From: a virus
Taxonomy: Duplodnaviria > Caudoviricetes
IMG/VR virus record: IMGVR_UViG_3300038673_000125
Coordinates: 1 to 41,723 of that record
Reading direction: 5' to 3' (one strand)
Length of the DNA: 41,723 nucleotides
The position numbers were made by a program, and so were the translations under genes. Below the pieces are notes generated by a model, which was given only the letters and a program-made list of their open reading frames with translations, did not search any database and was not told the origin of the DNA. Below, piece after piece: positions 8,588 through 16,469 of the stretch (position 1 is its first letter; each line of letters opens with the position of its first letter).

Positions 8588-9463
8588 TTATTCTTCCGGC
8601 GCGTCAAGCTGCATTATCATTGCCACGGCCTTTTCAGCACGTCCGGCCGCCGATACGATCATGCTCTGATCGTCTTTCAGCGCTTTCAACCAAGACTGAA
8701 TATACGCTACATTATTGCGGAAAGTCGCTTCCGTTTCCAGCTTTAGCAGCGTCATGATGCACGCGGCGCCGATCTCTGCGGTCAATTCTTCCTTGCTGTA
8801 TACTTCGCTCCCAAATGCAGCATGGCCCGCGATCCGCTTCAATCGCTTTTCATGGCCGGTGCTGTGGACCGCTTCATGGAACGCCGTTTCATAGTATCCG
8901 CCGGCCGTCTGGAATTGGGTACGAAGCGGTAACGTGATGCTGTCTTTCATGGGCGTATAGTAGGCGCGATTACTTCCGACGTTCGTTACCGTGATATGTT
9001 CGCGCGTCGTGTATCCGTTGAATACCGATTCTGCTTCTTCTTCTGGTTCAAAAACGCGGGCCGGTTCGTTGTCCGTCTTGAAAATGCGTGCCGTGATGCC
9101 GTCTACCTGGTCGATGTGAAAAACGTTGTAGTAGCGCAGGTACGGGATTTTCTTCTGTTTTTCTACGTTGTTTTCGTCTTTCTCTGTGATCTCGATCTGC
9201 TTCCAGAATACGACGATCTTTGACTTCTCGCCTTTCCGTACCTGTCCGCCGGCTTCTTGTGCTTGCTTGTACGTCAGGTATTCGCCGGGCTTTCCAAGCA
9301 ACATTTGGTTGATCAGGCTGTACGGGTATCCGGTCGCCCGGCTGTACGCGCGGCCCTCTCTGCTTTGTACGCGGGATGGAATGCACCAGGGTTGATGCCA
9401 AGGAATAACGCCGTTTTCCAGTTCTTTGATGATCCGGTCGGTTACGATTTCGTTTACGTTCAT
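8588..9463 (-). CDS. ardC: ArdC-family antirestriction protein (ssDNA-binding N domain plus zincin-like metallopeptidase domain)
   Basis: VTDRIIKELENGVIPWHQPW, YSLINQMLL, TYKQAQEAGGQVRKGEK, YYNVFHIDQ, FHEAVHSTGH, YSKEELTAEIGA, YIQSWLKAL. Confidence 0.92.
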   Translation of the reverse strand: MNVNEIVTDRIIKELENGVIPWHQPWCIPSRVQSREGRAYSRATGYPYSLINQMLLGKPGEYLTYKQAQEAGGQVRKGEKSKIVVFWKQIEITEKDENNVEKQKKIPYLRYYNVFHIDQVDGITARIFKTDNEPARVFEPEEEAESVFNGYTTREHITVTNVGSNRAYYTPMKDSITLPLRTQFQTAGGYYETAFHEAVHSTGHEKRLKRIAGHAAFGSEVYSKEELTAEIGAACIMTLLKLETEATFRNNVAYIQSWLKALKDDQSMIVSAAGRAEKAVAMIMQLDAPEE

Positions 9464-9499
9464 TGTGATACATCCTTTCGTCAATATGATTTGCGGCCA

Positions 9500-9550
9500 T
9501 CCGCGACGCGCCTTTCAGCGCGTTTCGTCCTGCTGGACTCGTCAGGCGGA
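9500..9550 (-). ncRNA. Type I hammerhead ribozyme
   Basis: The minus strand reads UCCGC-CUGACGA-GUCC-AGCA-GGAC-GAAA-CGCGC-UGAAAG-GCGCG-UC-GCGGA: full conserved core, three Watson-Crick stems and a GUC cleavage triplet. Confidence 0.92.
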
Positions 9551-9850
9551 AAAGAATTTTTCAATCCGGCAGAAAATAGTGTCGTATCCGTTCATTCCTG
9601 GTAGCATGAGGTCCGCGATGCTTTCGGCGGTACTCTGCGCCGAGTGCATTTCTTCGCCTGAGCAGATTGACAGCAGCGCGCCATAGATTGCCGCATAGAT
9701 GATGTTGCCTTGTTCGTGTGTAGTTTCTTGCAGATAGTCGCAGCTGTTACCGTTGTTCATGGCCCGGACCATCATAGATTCCGATTGTTCAAGTGCGTAT
9801 GCTTTCATTTCTGCTTCCGTGTAGTGTTTTTTGTCGATGTAGTGTTTCAT
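9542..9850 (-). CDS. Hypothetical protein, first gene of the leftward operon
   Basis: ATG at 9850 after GAAAGGCGG; its TGA stop lies within the hammerhead core. Confidence 0.7.
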   Translation of the reverse strand: MKHYIDKKHYTEAEMKAYALEQSESMMVRAMNNGNSCDYLQETTHEQGNIIYAAIYGALLSICSGEEMHSAQSTAESIADLMLPGMNGYDTIFCRIEKFFSA

Positions 9851-9911
9851 GTGATAACCGCCTTTCATTTCTCGCCCAGCCCCATCCGGCTGCGGCGTTC
9901 GATCATGGCTC

Positions 9912-9941
9912 ATTCTAGCACACCTGCGCTAAATCCGTCAA
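9912..9941 (-). promoter_or_regulatory. Leftward sigma-A/70 promoter (putative early promoter)
   Basis: TTGACG-18 nt-TAGAAT with a TGn extended -10. Confidence 0.7.
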
Positions 9942-10131
9942 CACATTTTTCAGCAGTTCGCGAAAGTTCGGCAGATCAGAATAGATTTCGCGGTCAAGTT
10001 TTGTGCGATTCTGACAGTTTCGGGCCGATTTGGGGCGGGATGGCAGGATGATCGCGCCCAGGTTGTACACGCGCACATAAATTATTGAAGCGCATTTCGC
10101 CGCCTGGACCGGGCGGATCGGCAGCAAAAGA

Positions 10132-10159
10132 TTGACTTTTTCTATCACTTCGGTATAAT
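10132..10159 (+). promoter_or_regulatory. Rightward sigma-A/70 promoter
   Basis: TTGACT-16 nt-TATAAT followed by the RBS AAGGAGGTG (10168-10176). Confidence 0.75.
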
Positions 10160-10181
10160 AACAGTGAAAGGAGGTGAGATT

Positions 10182-10541
10182 GTGTACAGTGTCTACAAGG
10201 TTATTGACGAGACAAACGAACAGTCCATGGATATACGCGGGAAGGTCCTTTTGGATTGGCTTGGCAATGTGATCGTTCAAAACATGGCGCGCTTTACCGA
10301 GCATGACAGACTATCTCCGGACAAGATATGGGGCGTGATCGACTTCCCTGATCGCGTGTATATCAAATGTGCAGTCTTGGACAAGCTGCTAATGTCCAAG
10401 TACACAAGAGCGCGCCTGTTCGTTGCTTGGGCAAAAACAAAAGGATATCTCAGATGTGATCCAGGCAGGACATCTATTACAAAATGGATGCCACACGACA
10501 AGGCGTATCGATGTTACTGCTTCCCATTCAAAGAGCGCTGA
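10182..10541 (+). CDS. Stand-alone paralog of the DUF927 helicase C-terminal domain (putative winged-helix DNA-binding protein)
   Basis: GTG after AAGGAGGTG; 23/55 ungapped identities to the helicase residues encoded at 40232-40396. Confidence 0.85.
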   Translation: MYSVYKVIDETNEQSMDIRGKVLLDWLGNVIVQNMARFTEHDRLSPDKIWGVIDFPDRVYIKCAVLDKLLMSKYTRARLFVAWAKTKGYLRCDPGRTSITKWMPHDKAYRCYCFPFKER

Positions 10542-10549
10542 GCTTCACT

Positions 10550-10575
10550 GGCTGCCAGAAATGGTGGCCTTTTTT
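10550..10575 (+). terminator. Rho-independent terminator
   Basis: GGCTGCCA-GAAA-TGGTGGCC followed by TTTTTT. Confidence 0.85.
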
Positions 10576-10677
10576 ATTTTGTGTTGAAAGTGTACAATGC
10601 GGTGAAGCTGATTGTTTCGCGCATTTCCGCATAAATGAGATTTAAGGGCATATTTTATCCAGCCAGAACCCAGCAAT

Positions 10678-11036
10678 CGTATCCGCATATAACCAAACTT
10701 TGTGTATACTGTGAGTATTATATTGCGTCTGATTGTATGAATTTCATAACCGCGGTAAGGATCTGGCGATAAACTGCGGATACGCTCAAAGCCTTACAGC
10801 GCAAGGGTTACAGAGGTCATATAGCCGATATCCGCACATAACCGAACTTTCACTACACTATATAAGGGAGATACCCCCCCCCTGTAAGATAGTATATTCC
10901 TCACGCGCGTAGAGAATACATAAAAGTTTGGTTAAGTGGAGATATATTATATATTATATAAGAAACACTATATATAATAAGGGTTTGCCGCCATGTCCAA
11001 TTGTTTACCACTTACTTGCCAATTCCTTACCGTGGT
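10678..11036. repeat. Candidate replication origin: 22-bp iteron-like repeats, inverted repeats and an AT-rich tract
   Basis: TATCCGCA(T/C)ATAACC(A/G)AACTTT at 10680 and 10829, with an inverted 18/22 copy at 10923-10944; inverted pair 10749-10767/11018-11036; TA-rich tract about 10942-10980; no credible ORF. Confidence 0.6.
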
Positions 11037-11714
11037 GATAAAGCCATAAACTGTACTGGTGGTAGGTGCGTGGGTTTGGGCTGAGATAGATTTCTGCTTG
11101 GCCGCCCGAACCCTCAGACAAACTGATTTGACTAGTACGCTACCACAGTAGTATACTAGTCGACTTTGGCTAGATCGCGCAGATCAGCCCTGTTTTGCCC
11201 CTCCCAGACCGTGACTGATAGCATTATTCTAGGCGGCTTGTGGATAATCGGTAAAGTTGCACAAGAAACACAGCTATTCTTTGTGCATGTTTGTCACAAC
11301 TATTCGTGAAAGCATTCTTTAGCGAATAGTTAGGTCAGATCAGCCAATTCGCGCACGATATCCTTTGTTAGCAGGGCCTCCCGGGGTACCGGGGTGTAGG
11401 GGGTGCCGATCAAGCGGGGGGGGCCTAAACCTTGTCCGGCGGCGGTTTGCCGGCCAGGGCTATACAACTAGCATACCCTCCCGGCCTCAACCGACGCGGG
11501 ACGTCTCGAACAACTGTTCCCCATAGAAACGGCGTTCCCCATCAAGGCGGCGTTCGCGTTTAATATGGTTGAGCGGGGCTGGTTGCTCGGCCTTTTCCGT
11601 CTCAAAACAAACTTGAACGCCCTGGGCTTTGCGTGGTATACTGTGCCACGTGAAACAATCTTCCAGCCGGGGCAAACCTGCTCGCGGGAACAAACCTGAT
11701 TGGGGTTGAGCTTT

Positions 11715-12200
11715 ATGGCAAAGGTCGGGACAGTGAAGTTGAAGCGGAGTCAAAAAGCCGCAGCGCTTCTGCTCGCACACGGAAAATCAATGCAAAGCGT
11801 TGCGGAGAACCCTGATGTCCGCGTTTCGGTTGGCACGTTACGGAAATGGATGGAGGATACGGACTTCACCGATCTTCTGTATAAGGAACAGGATATGCTT
11901 CTGACAGAGGTGCGGCACAGATTGACGCCAATGTTCGTTGATAGCACACTCAAAGCGATGCGCACGCTCCGTTCTCAAGTCGCAGAAACCGATCCAAAGA
12001 CGAGAGAACCGAATGACCCGTGGATCCGTCTGAATGCAGCTAGGGCGCTTGTGCAGATGGGCCAAGGGTTCATAGAGAAAACAGAGGACAAGTCCATCAC
12101 AATCAGGTTTGATGGAATGCCTGTGCTCGGTTCGCCCGGAGCTGAGAAAGTTGAACCCGCTGACGGAAGCGATATCATCAACGGCCTGCTCGAAAAATAA
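11715..12200 (+). CDS. terS: Putative terminase small subunit
   Basis: N-terminal HTH (QKAAALLLAHGKSMQSVA...VSVGTLRKW); its stop overlaps the terL start. Confidence 0.7.
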   Translation: MAKVGTVKLKRSQKAAALLLAHGKSMQSVAENPDVRVSVGTLRKWMEDTDFTDLLYKEQDMLLTEVRHRLTPMFVDSTLKAMRTLRSQVAETDPKTREPNDPWIRLNAARALVQMGQGFIEKTEDKSITIRFDGMPVLGSPGAEKVEPADGSDIINGLLEK

Positions 12201-13798
12201 TGAAACAGGTTAAGATAGATTATCGGCCTACGCCGAAACAAATAATGTTCCACGCTTCACCGGCGAATGAAATCCTATTTGGTGGGGCAGCTGGCGGAGG
12301 CAAAACCAAGGCTCTTATCATGGACGCGTTTATGCGGTGCTTGCAGGCTCCAAATACTCGCGCCTATATTTTTCGGCGCACGTTCAAAGAACTTGAGGAC
12401 ACGGACATACGCGAGGCGCGAGCAAGCTACCCAAAAGAACTCGCCACGTACAATGTCGGCAGGCATGAGTTTTTGCTTATAAACGGCTCCAAGATACTTT
12501 TCAATCATTGCGAACACGTTGCCGACAAGTTCGACTATTCCGGCGCTGAGATAGACTTTCTGTACTTTGACGAGCTCACCGGATTTGAGCAGGAGATATA
12601 TGATTTCATCAAAACCAGATTGCGCTCAAAAACCCTGTCCGGCGTAACGCCCGTTGTCCGCAGCGCGAGCAATCCAGGCAACATCGGGCATATCTGGGTC
12701 AAGGATATGTTTGTCGATTCGGGGCCGTACATGGAATTGCGCGAAACAATTCAGTACAGCGAAACCCTGAACGAGCATAAAAAATTCACGATCCAGTACA
12801 TTCCTGCGTTGGCAACGGAGAACCCGCATATTACCAAGGATTATATTTTCGAGTTGGAACGCAAGCCTGAAAAACTTCGCCGGGCGCTTTTGTTTGGACA
12901 TTGGGATGCGTTTGAGGGACAGGTATTTACCGAGTTCGTCAACGATCCCCGACATTATGTTGACCGGGTTAGCACGCATGTTATTGATCCGTTTGAAATC
13001 CCGATGCACTGGCCGCGTTATATGAGTTTTGACCATGGATATACTGCTCCGTCCTCAATCGGATGGTGGGCCGTGGATCCAAAAGGCCGACTGTATCGAT
13101 ACCGCGAATGGTATGTTGACGGTCTTACTCCGCGACAGCTTGTAGACGGAATTCTTGAGCGCGAACGAAAAGAACGCGCCGACAACATCCACATCATCAG
13201 GGTTGCGGACCCGCACATATTCGATACTGAAAGCAACGGATTGAGCGTCGCAATGCAGATGGCCCCAAATTCCAGAAACGGGCTTTTGGGTTTGAATTTT
13301 CGGACCGGTGATAATGCGCGAATCGCCGGGAAAATGCAACTGCACGAGCGGTTACGGTTTGACAAAAACGGGTATCCAATGTTATATATATTTACGAACT
13401 GCGAGGATTGGATACGCACAGTTCCGAACCTGCCATATTCGAGAACAAAACCAGAGGATGTCGATTCGTTGGCAGAGGACCATTGCGTAATTGGCGAAAC
13501 AGAAGTCTTAACCAATCAAGGCTGGTTGCAAATAAAAAGCCTATGTGATACAATGGGTTATGTGGTGAGCCATGATGGGCTATACCATAAATATTACGAT
13601 TGCCGAAAAACGCAGAAAAATGTTGAAGTGTTTTCGATTGAAACGGACGATGGGAAAACCGTACAAGCGACCGCAAATCATAGGTTTATGTTGGCGGATG
13701 GCACTTGGAAAAGACTAGACGAACTGCAAGTAGGCGATGATCTTATGGAGGCCCGCCGTGAAAGTATCTATCTTGTCCCCAACGCAACAGGAGTTTAA
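12200..13798 (+). CDS. terL: Terminase large subunit N-terminal part (428 aa) fused to an N-terminal split-intein half (104 aa)
   Basis: PTPKQ, Walker A GGAAGGGKT, Walker B YFDE, SNPG, nuclease FDHG. After ...AEDH the sequence becomes intein block A CVIGETEVLT and block B ATANHRFM. Confidence 0.93.
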   Translation: MKQVKIDYRPTPKQIMFHASPANEILFGGAAGGGKTKALIMDAFMRCLQAPNTRAYIFRRTFKELEDTDIREARASYPKELATYNVGRHEFLLINGSKILFNHCEHVADKFDYSGAEIDFLYFDELTGFEQEIYDFIKTRLRSKTLSGVTPVVRSASNPGNIGHIWVKDMFVDSGPYMELRETIQYSETLNEHKKFTIQYIPALATENPHITKDYIFELERKPEKLRRALLFGHWDAFEGQVFTEFVNDPRHYVDRVSTHVIDPFEIPMHWPRYMSFDHGYTAPSSIGWWAVDPKGRLYRYREWYVDGLTPRQLVDGILERERKERADNIHIIRVADPHIFDTESNGLSVAMQMAPNSRNGLLGLNFRTGDNARIAGKMQLHERLRFDKNGYPMLYIFTNCEDWIRTVPNLPYSRTKPEDVDSLAEDHCVIGETEVLTNQGWLQIKSLCDTMGYVVSHDGLYHKYYDCRKTQKNVEVFSIETDDGKTVQATANHRFMLADGTWKRLDELQVGDDLMEARRESIYLVPNATGV

Positions 13799-14458
13799 CG
13801 GAAAGGTTTACTATTATTGTACCCCCTATTATCGAAAGGGCGGGAAATGCCTTCATCGCGCAGTATGGGAATATCATAATGGCGTGATCCAGGCTGGGTT
13901 TCATGTTCACCATAAGGATGGAGATAGAGAAAACAATAACATAGAAAATCTACAACTTATGCCAGGGCCTAATCATCGCAGTTTCCATGCAAAAGCCAGA
14001 CCTGAATATCTTGCGAAGCAAATAAAACTGATGCAAGATAAAGCAAAAGAATGGCATGGGTCAAAAGAGGGGCGAGAATGGCACGGGTTACACGCCAAGG
14101 AAATGTGGAAAAGCAAAGAAAGCCAAGAGTATCACTGTTGTCAATGCGGCAAAGCGTTCCTGACTAAGCACCTTTACGGCGATAGCCAAAACACGTTTTG
14201 TTCAAATAATTGCAAAGCAGCATATCGACGCGTTCTTGCAGTTGACAATGAGGTGCGTAAGTGCGTATACTGCAAAAGGAGTTTTACAACGAATAAATAC
14301 TCTAAGGCGCAGTGTTGTTCCAGAGAATGTTCGGCAAAGAAACGGTGGAACAAATGAAAGTAAAAAGTATAACTTATGCGGGAAAGGCCGACGTTTACAA
14401 CATGGAGGTCGAAGGTACCCATAATTTCGTCGTGAACGGTGGGCTTATAGCCCACAAC
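13484..14458 (+). mobile_element. Split intein / homing endonuclease element inserted in terL
   Basis: IntN (13484-13798), HNH gene, IntC (14354-14458, ends HN); more AT-rich than the flanks; exteins join as EDH|CFDETRY. Confidence 0.9.
13758..14357 (+). CDS. HNH homing endonuclease with C-terminal Cys4 zinc-finger repeats
   Basis: GGAGG then GTG at 13758; LHRAVWEYHNG...VHHKDGDRENNNIENL; CQCGKAF..FCSNNC and CVYC..CCSREC. Confidence 0.9.
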   Translation: MKVSILSPTQQEFNGKVYYYCTPYYRKGGKCLHRAVWEYHNGVIQAGFHVHHKDGDRENNNIENLQLMPGPNHRSFHAKARPEYLAKQIKLMQDKAKEWHGSKEGREWHGLHAKEMWKSKESQEYHCCQCGKAFLTKHLYGDSQNTFCSNNCKAAYRRVLAVDNEVRKCVYCKRSFTTNKYSKAQCCSRECSAKKRWNK

Positions 14459-14566
14459 TGCTTCGACGAGACTCGCTATCTCCTAATGGAACGCCCGTTG
14501 GGACCGCAGCCAATCAAGGTGCGCAGTCCAGAAGCAGAAGGACCGTACAGAGGGGTAGCAATTTAG
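14354..14566 (+). CDS. terL: C-terminal split-intein half (35 aa) plus terminase C-terminal extein (35 aa)
   Basis: ATGA coupling to the HNH stop; MKVKSITYAGKADVYNMEVEGTHNFVVNGGLIAHN|CFDETRYLLMERP... contains blocks F and G and a Cys+1. Confidence 0.92.
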   Translation: MKVKSITYAGKADVYNMEVEGTHNFVVNGGLIAHNCFDETRYLLMERPLGPQPIKVRSPEAEGPYRGVAI

Positions 14567-14567
14567 C

Positions 14568-16406
14568 ATGAGCGATACAACCATTGATTCCTTTATATCC
14601 GAACAGCCGCTTGAGGAAGAAGATAGAAAACTTCTCGAGACGGCTTATAATCGTCTTGTCGTTTTTGAGCAGGCGAATCGAATTTATCACGACGAAGCAC
14701 GCGGGGCGCGTGAAGTATACCGGCTGCGGGATCCGCAACAGGACGCGCCGAGATCGGATAACGTCGAATATTATGCCCCGGATGTAACGGACGATGAATC
14801 TGAAACGGTCGAGGTTAGCAACCAGAACCGCGATAAAAAGACTTTGCAGCTGCATACCTTGAAAAGCACGATCACGAACTGCATCGCGGACCAGATGCTT
14901 GCAATGCCGCAGGCAAAGCTGCTCCCGGAAACCCCGGATAAACAGAATGTATCCGACGCGCTGCAAGACGCGCTGAATCATATTATTTACGAGGTCAACC
15001 ACTTTGAACGCCTGCACCGGCGCAGGGTAGAAGATTTTTTTGTAACCGGATCCGCTCTAATGGAGATCGGCTGGGACGATACCGCGAGTTTCGGTGAGGG
15101 CGATGTATCTTTAGTGCGATGGCCGATTGAAGCATTCTGCTGGGACCCGAAAGCAGAGGACTTGCAGGAAGCCCGGGCGCTTATCAAGGTAAGCTGGCAT
15201 CCGCTGAGCTGGTATAGAGCGCATTATCCTGAAAACGGCCGATATGTCCAAGGCGAGGACCATCTGTATAACAATGTCGGTATGCCATCCACGCAGCAGG
15301 CAAATCACAATCAGGAAGATGAAGATCAGGCCATGCTGATGGAATATTGGTATCGCACGTTTGACGGTCAGAAATACCACATCAATGTCGCGCACATTGC
15401 CGGGCATGCGCTTCTCCAACACAAAACAGACGTATTCAAGCACGGGATGTACCCGTTTGTCATTGACACGCATTTTGTGGTTGACGGTCAACCGATTGGC
15501 GAGGGGCTTGTCGGTGCGCTCGTTCCGATGATGCGGTATATCAACCGGTATGCAAAGTACATGGATACCAACGCTAGGTTGTCCGCAAAGGCAAGACTGC
15601 TCAAAAGCACAAGCGCGAATATCAAAGACGCTGATTTTATGGATTGGGAAAAAGATGTTATCCCGGGCGACAGTATCCGCAAGGGCATCGATTGGGACTG
15701 GCTGACAAATCCTCCGTTCAACGGAATGATCGCCCAGCAAATGCTGAACATGCAGGCCCAGCTCAAGCAGGATAGCGGGGCCTCGCAGGTAACTCGCGGC
15801 GAATCGGTCGGCTCGCAGGTTTCCGGCAAAGCATATTCGCTTCTGATGCAGGCGGGCAGCAAGGTCGGCCAGGCGAATAGCGTATTCCTGAACGATGGTT
15901 TCGCACAAATGACGTGGCAGGTCCTTTGTTTGGTATCCGAGTTTTACGACAATGACCGGCTTCGCAAGATTACCGGCAAGGACGAAACCTTTGAATTCTT
16001 CGGCGATGATATGACGGTCCCGCGCTATACTGTGCAGGTTGAGGTCCAGCAGAAAGACCCGGCCCGGATTCAGGCGCAGAACCAGATGTTTATCGACATG
16101 TATACCATGTCAGCGCAGGCGCAGCAATATTTCCCTGTATCCGTTCTGATTCAGCTGATGAACCTTGACGGGAAAGATAAGATTCTGCCCGTCATTCTGG
16201 ATATGGAACAGAAGGGCGATAAGATTCGACAGTTGTCCGAGCAGAACACGCAGCTTATCGAAACGATTGCGCAGCTGCAGAAAGAAACAGATGCGCTTCG
16301 GTACGCGCAAACCGAATCTGTGGGAGCGCTCGCGTCGATGGGACGAAGCGCCCAGGTCAACCAAGGCAGACAGGCCGTCGTGGGTGGAATGGGAGGCCCT
16401 CGATAG
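14568..16406 (+). CDS. Portal protein (podovirus type)
   Basis: 612 aa directly after terL; HGMYPFV, GEGLV, QDSGASQVTRG motifs; Gln-rich coiled C-terminus. Confidence 0.82.
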   Translation: MSDTTIDSFISEQPLEEEDRKLLETAYNRLVVFEQANRIYHDEARGAREVYRLRDPQQDAPRSDNVEYYAPDVTDDESETVEVSNQNRDKKTLQLHTLKSTITNCIADQMLAMPQAKLLPETPDKQNVSDALQDALNHIIYEVNHFERLHRRRVEDFFVTGSALMEIGWDDTASFGEGDVSLVRWPIEAFCWDPKAEDLQEARALIKVSWHPLSWYRAHYPENGRYVQGEDHLYNNVGMPSTQQANHNQEDEDQAMLMEYWYRTFDGQKYHINVAHIAGHALLQHKTDVFKHGMYPFVIDTHFVVDGQPIGEGLVGALVPMMRYINRYAKYMDTNARLSAKARLLKSTSANIKDADFMDWEKDVIPGDSIRKGIDWDWLTNPPFNGMIAQQMLNMQAQLKQDSGASQVTRGESVGSQVSGKAYSLLMQAGSKVGQANSVFLNDGFAQMTWQVLCLVSEFYDNDRLRKITGKDETFEFFGDDMTVPRYTVQVEVQQKDPARIQAQNQMFIDMYTMSAQAQQYFPVSVLIQLMNLDGKDKILPVILDMEQKGDKIRQLSEQNTQLIETIAQLQKETDALRYAQTESVGALASMGRSAQVNQGRQAVVGGMGGPR

Positions 16407-16469
16407 TCTTTTGCATATACCGTATCCGCGAGTAAAAATTCCGCTGATACGAGATAAAGGAGTACCTTT

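Noticed and set aside
8530-8590. Twister or other second ribozyme downstream of ardC
   Set aside because: Hairpins are present, but I could not match the conserved cores of twister, pistol, hatchet or HDV-like ribozymes.
8317-9881. 10-bp long-range inverted repeat TCGCCCAGCC around ardC (invertible segment?)
   Set aside because: Short and GC-rich, overlaps the intergenic hairpin elements, and no recombinase is present; may be chance.
11487-11780. 97-aa minus-strand ORF upstream of terS
   Set aside because: Overlaps terS in antisense, with no RBS or motif; the region is more likely regulatory.
13484-14458. Group I intron in terL
   Set aside because: The boundaries are protein-splicing motifs (Cys1, TxxH, HN|C) and the insert is fully coding, leaving no room for an intron core.
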